NCBI GenBank assembly: GCA_963786365.1
Contig: CAWAYR010000020.1
Coordinates: 7,623 to 71,622 of the forward strand
Source: an uncultured Acidobacteriota bacterium
GTDB lineage: Bacteria > Acidobacteriota > Vicinamibacteria > Vicinamibacterales > UBA2999
Length of the DNA: 64,000 nt
Reading direction: 5' to 3'
The translations under genes were made by a program, and so were the position numbers. This document shows positions 19,817 to 28,796 of the stretch, one piece after another (within the stretch, counting starts at the first letter, position 1; every line of letters begins with the position of its first letter). The notes below the pieces were generated by a model. It did not search any database, had not been told where the DNA came from, and was given only the letters and a program-made list of their open reading frames with translations.

Positions 19817-20593
19817 CTAGCCGACGACGCGCCGCCTGATCGTCAGCCCGAGCCCGATGGCGAGCGACAGGACGCTGACGAGCCCGACGAGCGGCCACGA
19901 ACTGGCGGTCTTCGGCAGGGTCCGGCCGGCCGAACCGGACGCGCCCGAGGCGGCCGCCGACCCCGGCGTCGACCCGGACGCCGATCGGGGCGCCGTGGGC
20001 ACCGCGGCCGGCGAGCCCGACGCTGCGGGCGCACGCCCACCACCGCCGGCCGGGGCCGCCGCCGCGAGGGTGGCGTTCACCTGCTGCTCGGTCAGGACCT
20101 GCGGCGGCATCGAGGTGATGATGGTCGCGCTCAGCTTGTCGCCGGGGCGGAAATCCGACACCAGCGCCGGCTTGCCGGCGCGCATGATCTTCACGCCGCG
20201 CTTGTCGATTTCCCCTTGCGAGAACGACCGGTAGCCCTCTTCGGTCCGGACGATGATGCTCGTACCCATCGCATGCGTGACCGTGCCGTTCTTCACCTCG
20301 GTGACGGTGACCGGCGTGACCGTCGTCCGGGTCGTGACGGTGGCGGTGCCCTTCATCCCGACCTTCAGCTGCTGCACCGACAGCTGCTGTCCGTTGACCG
20401 TGAAGCGGAAGTCATCGGCGACCGTCAGCTCCCTGGTACCTTCCGGCAGCCTGACGACCAGCGTGTTGCCGTCCACCGCGAGGACCTCGAAGTTCTTGGT
20501 TTCCGACGAGGTCGTCGTCTGTGCGGGCGACCCCACGGCGGTCGCACACACTATCGCTGCCGCCAGCGCCATCCGAACCATTGCGCGTGTCAT
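19817..20593 (-). CDS. Sortase cargo: secreted two-domain protein with a C-terminal LPKTAS sorting signal
   Basis: ORF 19817..20866; ATG 20593 (MTRAMVRMALAAAIVCATAVGSPAQ). It has the same VxVxxxxG...LKVGxK domain pattern as 19097..19648, then an Ala/Gly/Ser/Pro linker. It ends ...[36 protein letters not shown], i.e. LPxT motif, hydrophobic span and basic tail. Confidence 0.8.
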   Translation of the reverse strand: MTRAMVRMALAAAIVCATAVGSPAQTTTSSETKNFEVLAVDGNTLVVRLPEGTRELTVADDFRFTVNGQQLSVQQLKVGMKGTATVTTRTTVTPVTVTEVKNGTVTHAMGTSIIVRTEEGYRSFSQGEIDKRGVKIMRAGKPALVSDFRPGDKLSATIITSMPPQVLTEQQVNATLAAAAPAGGGGRAPAASGSPAAVPTAPRSASGSTPGSAAASGASGSAGRTLPKTASSWPLVGLVSVLSLAIGLGLTIRRRVVG

Positions 20594-21352
20594 AGAACGC
20601 TCCATTCTGCTTTGTGTTTGCGCGACATCGAGGTGACGTACAAAGGCCAGAGCCCTGCGGCGAGCTGCCGGGGTCCACACCGGGGACAAAGTTCGTGTGC
20701 TGCGGATGGCAGCGAAGACATCGTGCTGGCTCCAACCCGCACGGCACGGACGATGAATCGCTGGGGCGCCGAGCCGACGAAGTAGAAGGGATAGCACGTG
20801 ACCAGCGTCAGCGCCGTCGTCGGCGTGGGGTCGAGCACCGAGACGTCCTCCGGTTCGACCACCCACGTGCGCTCGACGCGATAGACCTGCGTCCCCTCGA
20901 GCGTGTCGAGCTCGATGGCATCACCGGGGGAGACGTCCTTGAGGCCGCGGAAGAAGCCGTCGCGGTGCCCGGCGATGCCAGAGTTCCCGGCGACCCCCGG
21001 TGGCGGCGTGTCCTCGATGTGGCCGGCGCCGCGGTCGAGGGTCCGGTCGTCGGTGCCCGGCAGCACGGCCACCTCGAGCCGGATCTTCGGGATCCGGAGC
21101 ACCGCGAGCGGAGCGGGACCCGCGTCCTCCAGCGCCTGGCGCCAGGCGCTGACGCGATGCGGGGACCACAGAGTGAGGTCGGGGGTGCCGGCCGGCGCCG
21201 CCAGCGCTTGAAGGGTCGCAAACCGCTCGAGATCGTGCCGCGGTCGAGCTGGCCAGGCCGATGTGGAACGCGCCCCACCACATCAGTCCGACCACGCCCA
21301 AGGCCCAGCTCGCGCTCTCGGCGATCAGCAGCGGCCGGCGACCTAGTCTCAT
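20590..21352 (-). CDS. Sortase (Gram-negative / class-GN-like); one frameshift near 21240
   Basis: The N-terminal TM MRLGRRPLLIAESASWALGVVGLMWWGAFHIGLASS is in ORF 20921..21550. After the frame change comes ...HDLERFATLQALAAPAGTPDLTLWSPHRVSAWRQALED...PLAVLRIPKIRLEVAVLPGT... (ORF 20590..21102). The catalytic His (IAGHRDGFF), Cys (LTLVTCYPF) and Arg (RFIVRA) are present. The stop overlaps the cargo ATG (ATGA at 20590-20593). Confidence 0.85.
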
Positions 21353-21665
21353 GGAACGCATTCTCCTCCGAAAGGCTCGCAGCGTGCAGGCCCCGTGCCG
21401 GACGCCGCGAAGCGCGGAGCGGCCGCTTTCGTTGAGGAATCCGCGACGTGGCCGCCGGGCTGCGGGCGCACGGCCGTCGCGCTCCCCCAGCTGGACGGGC
21501 CGCACCACGGAATACCGTGGCGTCGGGCGCGGGCCCATGGCCTCACCCACCTCGGCCTTTCATTCCCGGGGGACGTCCGCGTGAAGGGCAGCGGACCGGC
21601 CTGGGCCAGCTCGACATCAACGGGTTCGCGTGGATTGGTCGCCGATACTAGAGAGCCAGGAAATG

Positions 21666-22355
21666 CTACATCCGGCGCAGTGCCTCGTCCAGCGCCAGAT
21701 GGAAGGCGCTGCTGCGTGGCCGGCCGGCGAAGCTCAGCTGGTGCTGCAACCGGCCATTGACCACTTTCAGATTGGCCCAGCCTACTACTTGCTCACCCCA
21801 TAGCCTCGGCATCGCGTACTGGCCCATGCGGCGCTTGTCGGCCGTTCTGAATCAAAGGCAAGAGAGAGGCCGGCCTGCGTGCGAGCTGACGCCGAGCGAC
21901 GCGTAGAGTGCCTCACTGAGCGCGACGTCCCTCGGGTCACGGGTCGAGTTCCTGGCCGGGCACTACCTGTCCGACGCGCCATGGGCACGACTTCTCGAAG
22001 ACTACAATCTGTTCCGCGGACGTATCTGGCCGCTTGTGCTCGTAACCATAGTCGTCGCGCCGCGCTGGAGTGCCCGAGCACGCGGGTTGCTCGCGAGACA
22101 TTGAGAGCCTGCGGGTATCGTCAACGCGACCTCGACGAAGACGCAAGAGTGCTAGAGCTGCAGCTCGCCGGCGCGATAGTTCTCAACGCGCTGCGCGAGG
22201 ATCAGATCCTGGGCGCGCGCGGGCGCCCGCATCGGGTCGGCCTGGACAAAGCCGAGGCGTGCGACGGCCCGCGGCAGGCTGGGGACCTTGAACAGGCCGC
22301 GCGCGATCGCGTAGCGGCGGAGCTGCCGGAGACTGGGGGCTTTGAGACGGCTCAC
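21666..22355 (-). pseudogene. Eroded YcaQ/DUF1006-family (crosslink-repair DNA glycosylase-like) gene remnant
   Basis: ORF 22152..22355 gives a typical family N-terminus, MSRLKAPSLRQLRRYAIARGLF...LGFVQADPMRAPARAQDLILAQRVENYRAGEL, then a TAG. A manual frame at 21666-21830 gives the family C-terminus DKRRMGQYAMPRLWGEQVVGWANLKVVNGRLQHQLSFAGRPRSSAFHLALDEALRRM*. A third frame holds LSLAFDSE (an LxPFD-like motif). The total span is about 690 nt against the 1.1-1.2 kb expected, so there are internal deletions. Confidence 0.65.
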
Positions 22356-22449
22356 GCGCGGCGTCCCGTAACGGCTGCGGGCCTCATCTGGTGTCGACGA
22401 TTCTCGCCTGTCCGGCCTCAGAGCCTCGGCCTTCTTCTCTCAGAAAGGG

Positions 22450-23832
22450 TTACCGCACCGTGCCGAAGCCCCCAGAGCCAAGGAAGATGTAGAACACGCC
22501 GACCTGAGAACGCTTTCGAGTCTCGTCCGGCCGCTCGAGATACTCCGAGCTGCGACTGGCCAACTGGTACGTGACGCCGAGGGCGTGCCGGCGATAGAGG
22601 CGGAACGCGAGTGAGGCATCGCCCACGAAGATGAGATCGCGCTGGCCAGTGGCGAACCCGCCGTGGGCGCTGACGAGGTATCCCGCGCGGTGACGTCCAG
22701 CGCCGCCCGGCGCCCGGCGATCACTCGGAGGTTGGCGAGTGCCTGCGGAGCAAGCGCCGTAGTGATAGTCGCGCCCGTCGGTCCGGTCGAATGCATGCGC
22801 AGCCGCATATCCCCCGCCTACGAGGCCAGTGCTCTGCACCACCAGCGACTCGGACATTGAGGCTTGCAGCGTTGTGCCGAACGTGAACGCCGTGCTGGAA
22901 AAGCGAAATTCGTCGGGCGCGAGGTAGTCGTAGGTGCCATAGAGGCCCCAGATGCCGGCCAGGCGCCCCGCTCCGTAGTCGCTCCCGGCAATCAGACCGC
23001 GCGTCGACAGCCGCTGGAGTCCATTCCCCGAGATGCTGCTCTCGATCCTGAAGTGATCGAACGGACGCTCGTGCCGGTAGCTGGCGTTTCCCGGATACCC
23101 GTAGTCCATCGACAAGGCGAGCTGCGGTTGATACCCCACCAGCGAGGACACCGATCCCGAACGGCCGGTCGCAATCGCGGTTGTGCCGACCTGGACGCGG
23201 ATGTCGGAGAACGGCACCGCATCGGGCGCGAGCGATCCCGCGGGATCGCCGACCAGGGCGTGATTGATGCCGGTCGGCGGAGAGACGAGCACCGACGCCA
23301 AGCCTCTCCAAATGCCCGGTCCATCGTCGGCGCGTTCCAGCAGGAGACGGGAGATGCGAAACAGCGGCTCGCCCAGGAACGAGCCGGCAATGCCGCTGGC
23401 AATCTGATCGTTGCGGGCCGGCGGCGTGGTTTCGCCGGCGATTTCCCAGAGTGCGCTCCCGGCCAGCGTATAGGCCACCGACGGCCAATAGCTCAGGCCG
23501 TTGGACCGGGCGATCCCGTGATACATGGCCCCTTGATAGGGGTGCCCGAACTGATTGATTTGAAACGGATCGTCGTCGACCACCCAGGGACCGCTCAGAT
23601 TGCGGCGGACCGAAGCCGGCGTCACCGTGAAGCTCGCGGGATCGATCAGCAGGCGGCCGGCGAGATTGACTGCCGCGTCCATCGCCACGATCTCGACCAG
23701 CGGAAGAACGTAGCTCTTGTGAGCTCCAGCCTCTTGCGGCAGGCCTGGACGCATGGCGGCGCCCGACGCGCATGCGGCGCTCAGCCCGCAGGCGAGCACC
23801 GCGCCAAGCACCCCGACGCGGGATGAGGCCAT
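22450..23832 (-). CDS. DUF3943-domain protein with a lipoprotein-like leader; two compensating frameshifts
   Basis: The 460-aa ORF begins with the leader MASSRVGVLGAVLACGLSAAC. The region DDDPFQINQFGHPYQGAMYHGIARSNGLSYWPSVAYTLAGSALWEIAGETTPPARNDQIASGIAGSFLGEPLFR matches the DUF3943 signature I recall. Between about 22700 and 22790 the sensible sequence (LAPQALANLRVIAGRRAALDVTAR) lies in the frame of ORF 22440..22808. Confidence 0.75.
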   Translation of the reverse strand: MASSRVGVLGAVLACGLSAACASGAAMRPGLPQEAGAHKSYVLPLVEIVAMDAAVNLAGRLLIDPASFTVTPASVRRNLSGPWVVDDDPFQINQFGHPYQGAMYHGIARSNGLSYWPSVAYTLAGSALWEIAGETTPPARNDQIASGIAGSFLGEPLFRISRLLLERADDGPGIWRGLASVLVSPPTGINHALVGDPAGSLAPDAVPFSDIRVQVGTTAIATGRSGSVSSLVGYQPQLALSMDYGYPGNASYRHERPFDHFRIESSISGNGLQRLSTRGLIAGSDYGAGRLAGIWGLYGTYDYLAPDEFRFSSTAFTFGTTLQASMSESLVVQSTGLVGGGYAAAHAFDRTDGRDYHYGACSAGTRQPPSDRRAPGGAGRHRAGYLVSAHGGFATGQRDLIFVGDASLAFRLYRRHALGVTYQLASRSSEYLERPDETRKRSQVGVFYIFLGSGGFGTVR

Positions 23833-23987
23833 GACTCAGGGCATGCATCGCACGTGCCAGGACAGACGTTCAGTCTGCGCTTATCCGCCAGCGAAGTCGG
23901 CGGCAACGGGACTCGTTCGTACCCTGGAAGGCGCCACATTCGGAAGCTGGTGTCGCCAATCTGGCAACGAGAGGCACACACCGAAGT

Positions 23988-24269
23988 TCAGTTACGGTGC
24001 GTTCCAGTCACTGGAACCTGAGTGACCACGTGCAGGTGAGGGCCAACCGAACCGCCGGGTTGCTGCGGCGAATCGCCGCCGACGGTCGGGTGGCTCCACG
24101 TGCCGGCCACGGACGTGGCAGTGGCGGAACCCGCGACAATGGTCTGAAAGTCGATCTCATGCAGATCGAAGGAGGCCGGCGAGCCGACGATGCCTTGGCG
24201 AATGAGGATCGGCGTCGTCGTGCGATCGAAGATCGAGATCCCGGTCGACGCCAGAGGCGCCGTCGCTTG
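23988..24269 (-). other. Coding-like open segment (93 codons) without a start codon; possible 5'-truncated or frameshifted gene
   Basis: Manual translation gives QATAPLASTGISIFDRTTTPILIRQGIVGSPASFDLHEIDFQTIVAGSATATSVAGTWSHPTVGGDSPQQPGGSVGPHLHVVTQVPVTGTHRN* (TGA at 23988-23990). It is bounded upstream by an in-frame TGA at 24270-24272. There is no ATG/GTG/TTG near the 5' end, which is why it is missing from the track. The composition is protein-like, unlike the Arg/Pro-rich shadow frames. Confidence 0.3.
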
Positions 24270-24315
24270 TCAGCGCACCGGTCCTGAACAACAACCAGCC
24301 CGTGCTGCCGGCTGG

Positions 24316-24564
24316 TCAGGACTCAGGCGCGAGACGCCAGCCTGCGGTCCAGTTCTGGGCTTGCATCTGCTCGCTCCAGAGCAGGGCGCTGGTCCAGTCG
24401 TCGAAGTCTCGAAATCCCAGCGGACGGTCGTTGACAAACCAGATGACGGCCACTCCGTCCACGCGCGGGTTGATGACCGCATGCGACGACTGGCCATCGG
24501 CGCGCTTCATTCGCCACATCACCGTCGGCTCGTCGTAGCCCGGTCTCGTTGGGGTCTCGGACAC
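24316..24564 (-). CDS. Small Trp-rich hypothetical protein (82 aa)
   Basis: ORF 24316..24564 reads MSETPTRPGYDEPTVMWRMKRADGQSSHAVINPRVDGVAVIWFVNDRPLGFRDFDDWTSALLWSEQMQAQNWTAGWRLAPES. The composition is balanced and non-shadow-like. I do not recognise a family. Confidence 0.5.
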   Translation of the reverse strand: MSETPTRPGYDEPTVMWRMKRADGQSSHAVINPRVDGVAVIWFVNDRPLGFRDFDDWTSALLWSEQMQAQNWTAGWRLAPES

Positions 24565-24728
24565 GCTGCACGAGAGGCAAGGGTGATGCCATCTGGATTC
24601 CCAGTTTTATTGCTGAAGAGCCTGGCACGCCAATCGTGAAAGGTATCCGACCGCAAGACAAAAGGGAGGGTCATCCAGATTCATCCACCGCGAGACTCAC
24701 GGCGTTCGGCCATGGTAGAAGTGCAACC

Positions 24729-25693
24729 GTGAAGAGGAAGGCCCTCTGGATCCTGGGCGGAATCGTCGGCGTGTTTCTCGCTCCGTTGGTCTTGATGTGG
24801 GCGGTCTTCGTCGCCGAGGATGTCAGCCGCGACCTCGCGCTGCGGCGCTATCAGCCCACCAGCTTGGCCGACGCCGTGGCGCACAAGTACGCGACGCCCG
24901 CGATGGTGGCGCGCTTCATCGACCAAGGCGCCGACGTGCACCAGACAGTCGCTGGCGCGAACGGTGTCACGGCGATCCCGCTCATCGCCGAGGCGAGCGC
25001 GCGGGACAACGTGGAGGTCGCGCAGCTGCTGCTCCAGCGCGGCGCTCGCGTGGGCGACGCCAATCTCTGGAGTCGCGCCCGCAACGGCAACGAGGCGATG
25101 GCCCGCATGCTCATCGAGCACGGCGCAAGCTTGGGCGGCCAGCCAGACTACGAAGAATCGATCGGCCCCGAGCTGCTCCAGGCCGCCGCGTTCGGCGGCC
25201 AGGCTTGGCTGGTTCGAATGATCGCGCAGCAGGGCGGTGACGTCCAGGTCGTCAACGCCTACGGAGAAGGCCTGCTCGCCCTGGCCTTGCAGAGCGAATA
25301 TCACGACAGCCTGGAGACCACCAAGGCGCTCCTGGCGGCCGGAGCGCACGTGAATCCGTTGACGAGCGAGGGCACCCCGCCCTGTACTGGGCTGCGTATA
25401 ACGGAAAGCTGGAAGAAATGGACCTGCTGCTAGCCGCGGGGGCACGGGTGGACGTCCCGGTCGCCCGCGCCGTACTCAAGGACCTGATGCTGCCGCCAGG
25501 CGTCTCGGTCACGCCTCTGTCAGTGGCGGTCGAGAGGTGCCACTACGAAGCGGCAGACCGCTTGCTTCGGCGGGGCGCCTCGAAGTCCGCCGTCATCTAC
25601 GACGGCAAGTCGCTGGCGGAAGGCGCCTGCTACCACACGCTCGATGGCGAGAAGGCCCAGAAGGATCGGATGCGGGCGCTGCTCGCCCGCTAG
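24729..25693 (+). CDS. Membrane-anchored ankyrin-repeat protein (one frameshift near 25375)
   Basis: A GTG at 24729 starts VKRKALWILGGIVGVFLAPLVLMWAVFV (TM). ANK-like repeats follow in ORF 24549..25433 (...ARFIDQGADVHQ...NVEVAQLLLQRGARV...MARMLIEHGASL...LVRMIAQQGGDVQV...TKALLAAGAHVNP). It continues in ORF 25418..25693 (...LYWAAYNGKLEEMDLLLAAGARVDV...AADRLLRRGASK...). Confidence 0.8.
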
Positions 25694-27051
25694 CGCCCGC
25701 GGGTCTTCAGCAACCTCCAGTAGACGATCCCGCCGGTTGCCCCGAGCGCCATGCCGATCAGCGGTTCAACCGGTCGAAACACGGTCGCGCTCACGACGAA
25801 CCCGGTCATGACCACCATGAAAACGAGCGGCGTCAGCGGATACCCGGGCGTGCGGTACCCGGACGAGTCCGGATAGCGCTTGCGGAGACGGAAGACCGCG
25901 CCCACCATGAAGATGACCGCCACCTGCAGCGGCACGGTCGAGAAGTTCACGAGCCGGGAGAACGACCCGAAGAACGTCAAGGCCGTGAGCGAGGCCGCGG
26001 TCGTGAACAGAATCGAGCCGGTGGGTACCGCCGTCCGGGGCGAGACGCGGGCGAGCATCGAGAAAAAGCGGCCCAAAATTCCTTGCGCCCCTTCGGCATG
26101 CTGCGCCGCCATCGTGTAGAACAGGCGCGGCTGCGTCATCACCAGCCCACCCAAGGCGCCGGAGATCGAAATCGTCATCAGGGCGTTCAGCAGTGCACCC
26201 CCGCGCTCGCCGAACGACGCCGTGGCCACCGTGGTGGCCATCGCCGCCGGCGCCGCCCGCATCTCGGTCAGCGGGACGACCCGCAGATAGGCGACGTTGA
26301 CCACGAGATAGAGCACGGTCAGGGCCGCGACGCCGAGGCCCAGGCCGAGCGGCAGATCGCGCCCCGGCCTCCTCACTTCACCGGCGACATTGGTCACGTC
26401 AATCCAGCCGTCGTAGGTGAACAGCACCGCCGCGATCCCGAGTCCGGTGACGCGGATCAACGCCAGCAGGCCGCTCTCGACCGACGTGTCCGCCGGCAAC
26501 GCCGGGCCGGCGGCGGGTGCGGCGAGGAACAGGCCGCCGCCGACCAGCCCCGCAATGCCCAGCAACTTCACGGTCGTGAAGAGGATCTGCGTCCGACCTC
26601 CCCACTGCACGCCCGCCAGGTTGATCGCGGCGAAGAAGACGATGGCCGCGGCTCCCCAGCCAACCGGCGACACGCCCGGAAACACGTCGACCGTGCGATG
26701 CAGGACTTCGCCCAGCGCCGCCGCAACCGACGCAATCGCCCCCGGCCCGGTCACCCACAGCTCGAGCCACACCAGCATGAAGCCCCACAAGGGGCCGAAC
26801 GCCTCGGCGATGATGTGGTAGGTGGCGCCGGCCTGCGGCAGCCGGGTGCACAGCTCCGCCAGCGTCAACGCCCCGCACAACGTGATCAGCCCGCACAGCG
26901 CCCAGATGAAATAGACCTGCCACGTATGCTGGGCGACGGCGGCGAGGTCGCCCGGCGTGAAGAAGATCCCCGACCCGAGCATGTTCCCGACGACCAGGGC
27001 GGCCACCGCCGCGACCCCGAGGTTGCGCTTGAGCGGCGGCGGGCCGGTCAT
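25690..27051 (-). CDS. APC-superfamily amino-acid/polyamine-type permease
   Basis: This is the last 453 codons of the 850-aa ORF 25690..28242, from ATG 27051: MTGPPPLKRNLGVAAVAALVVGNMLGSGIFFTPGDLA...FTYDGWIDVTNVAGEVRRPGRDLP.... About 12 hydrophobic spans; intact. Confidence 0.9.
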   Translation of the reverse strand: MTGPPPLKRNLGVAAVAALVVGNMLGSGIFFTPGDLAAVAQHTWQVYFIWALCGLITLCGALTLAELCTRLPQAGATYHIIAEAFGPLWGFMLVWLELWVTGPGAIASVAAALGEVLHRTVDVFPGVSPVGWGAAAIVFFAAINLAGVQWGGRTQILFTTVKLLGIAGLVGGGLFLAAPAAGPALPADTSVESGLLALIRVTGLGIAAVLFTYDGWIDVTNVAGEVRRPGRDLPLGLGLGVAALTVLYLVVNVAYLRVVPLTEMRAAPAAMATTVATASFGERGGALLNALMTISISGALGGLVMTQPRLFYTMAAQHAEGAQGILGRFFSMLARVSPRTAVPTGSILFTTAASLTALTFFGSFSRLVNFSTVPLQVAVIFMVGAVFRLRKRYPDSSGYRTPGYPLTPLVFMVVMTGFVVSATVFRPVEPLIGMALGATGGIVYWRLLKTRGR

Positions 27052-27840
27052 GAGGTGCGGATCGCCTGAAGGAGCGCATGCACCTGGGAGGCTCACCACG
27101 CGGTCGCTCGACTCGCGCCCGCTCCGGAGCGACGTGCCGACGATGTAGCCGTCGGCGAGGGGCGCCAACTCGCGGGCATTGGCCGGACTCAGTCCGCTGC
27201 CGATGAGCACGGGGACACCACCGGAGCGCGCCGCCCGGAGATCGTCGGGACGTGGGCCGATCCCGGTCTCGTGGCTCGTGACGATCACGGCGTCGGCGCC
27301 AGCCGCCGCGGCCTCGCGGGCCGACTGCTCGATCGGCTTCGGTCCGCCGACCGGCGTGCTGTACTTCACTTGCAGGTCGGCGAAGATGCGGACGTGGCCG
27401 GCGCGAATCCGGTCGCGGTAGGCGATGATGGCCGCGGGCTCCGGCTCGATGACGCCCAGTTTCGACTGCACGCGGTCGACGAAGAAGTCGAGCCGGACGA
27501 AGCTGGCACCGGTGGCAGCGGCCACCGCGAGCGAGCCGCGCCAGTCGTTCAGCAGGACCTCGACTCCGACCGGGACGCGGGCACGCTCCACGACCTGGCG
27601 GGTCACCCGCGTCATCGCGGCGATGACCTCGGCGCCGCCGACCAGGGTGTGGGGCTGGTCGAAGTCGTTCTCGACCAGCACGCCGTCGACGCCTCCTGAC
27701 TCGAGCGCCTCGAGATCGGCCAGGGCCGCGTCGACGAGGGCCTCGGTCGTGGTGAAGGAGGGATAGCCCGGCAGCGGCGGCAACGCGATCATGCCGATGA
27801 GCGGCGTCCCGCGCGGGAAGATGTCGCGAAACCGGCTCAT
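27048..27840 (-). CDS. BtpA/SgcQ-family TIM-barrel protein
   Basis: From ATG 27840: MSRFRDIFPRGTPLIGMIALPPLPGYPSF...GGVDGVLVENDFDQPH...PVGVEVLLND...ASFVRLDFF...DAVIVTSHETG...VLIGSGLSPANA...GYIVGTSL. The probable true stop is the TGA overlapping the permease ATG (ATGA at 27048-27051), which needs a frame change in the last ~20 codons. Confidence 0.8.
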
Positions 27841-28681
27841 CGATGGCAGCCCGGTCGCGGTCGCGCCGACGTGACGAATGACTTCCGCGGCGGCCCGGCT
27901 TCCCGCCTGCAACGCGACGATGGCGTCGCCCTTCGTGACGTACGCGACGGTGAAGGCCGCCTGGAAGGCGTCCCCGCATCCCGTCGTGTCCACGCGCTCC
28001 TCGGCGGGCACCGGCACGGCCGGCACGGAGACACGGCGGCCGCCGACCAGCGCGCTGCTGCCGGCGGCGCCGTGGGTGACGACGATGATCGGGCCCCCCG
28101 CGATGGGATCGCGGAACGAGGAGCGACACCGTCGTCTCGTCGCCGCTGATGAAGGCGAGATCGAGGCGACCGAGGAGGTCGTCGATACCTGACGAGGTCC
28201 GGGCCGAGATCCGCGCCATCGAGAAGGTCGGCGACGCGGCACGCGCCCGGGCGTGCCGCCTCGATCGCGGGATGAAAGAGGTGTTCGACCTGGCGGAAGT
28301 ACGGCGCCATCACGACGTCGCAGGTCGTGATGAACGCCAGGTCGTCCTCGCCCAGGCGGAAGTCGGTGAGCACCCCGGGGTCATAGCCGCCCTCGGGAAA
28401 GTGCCGTTCCCCGCCGGGCCCCAGGTCGGATGTGCTGTGTCGCCGTGGGCCCCGGCCGCGTGTGCACGTGTGAGCAGTCGACGCCGGCGCGGCGCAGCGC
28501 CTCCCGCACGGCGTCGCCGGCCGCATCGGTGCCGGTGCAACTGACCAGCGCGACCTCGCCCACCGCGCCCGAGGCTGTGCCGCGCCTGCACGGCGAAGTT
28601 CAAGGAGATGCCTCCGACCGTCGCCACGCGACGATCGACGTAGACATCGCGCGTGCATTCACCGACGGCGGCGAGCTTCAT
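27837..28681 (-). CDS. PfkB-family sugar kinase, FrlD (fructoselysine 6-kinase)-like (at least 3 frameshifts)
   Basis: The pieces are MKLAAVGECTRDVYVDRRVATVGGISLNFAVQA (28310..28681), GEVALVSCTGTDAAGDAVREALRRAGVDCSHVHTRPGPTATQHI (28381..28563), ...GGYDPGVLTDFRLGEDDLAFITTCDVVMAPYF... (27837..28658), and ...PIIVVTHGAAGSSALVGG...VDTTGCGDAFQAAF... (25690..28242 frame). They are colinear with E. coli FrlD as I recall it. The stop overlaps the btpA-like ATG (ATGA at 27837-27840). Confidence 0.8.
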
Positions 28682-28796
28682 GACAGGCGCTGGCCCCGGC
28701 GGCCAACTCGCCGGGCGTCAGCCGCCCCGGCGAGCCGCGTGGGCGCTGCCGATTGTAGTCGAGCCGCCACGCCTCCTGCGTCGCCCGAGAGTGTCG

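Noticed and set aside
24623-24638. Possible sigma-54 promoter TGGCACG-ccaa-TCGTG upstream of the ankyrin gene.
   Set aside because: The -24 half is perfect, but the -12 element (TTGCW) is matched at only 2 of 4 core positions. It lies ~90 nt from the GTG start with no supporting activator-binding repeats, so it is too weak to call.
25690-28242. An 850-aa ORF that could be read as one giant multidomain protein.
   Set aside because: It concatenates the C-terminus of a PfkB kinase, a complete BtpA-family protein and a complete APC permease. Internal ATGs with ATGA overlaps mark the real gene boundaries. The absence of in-frame stops is fortuitous or due to indels.
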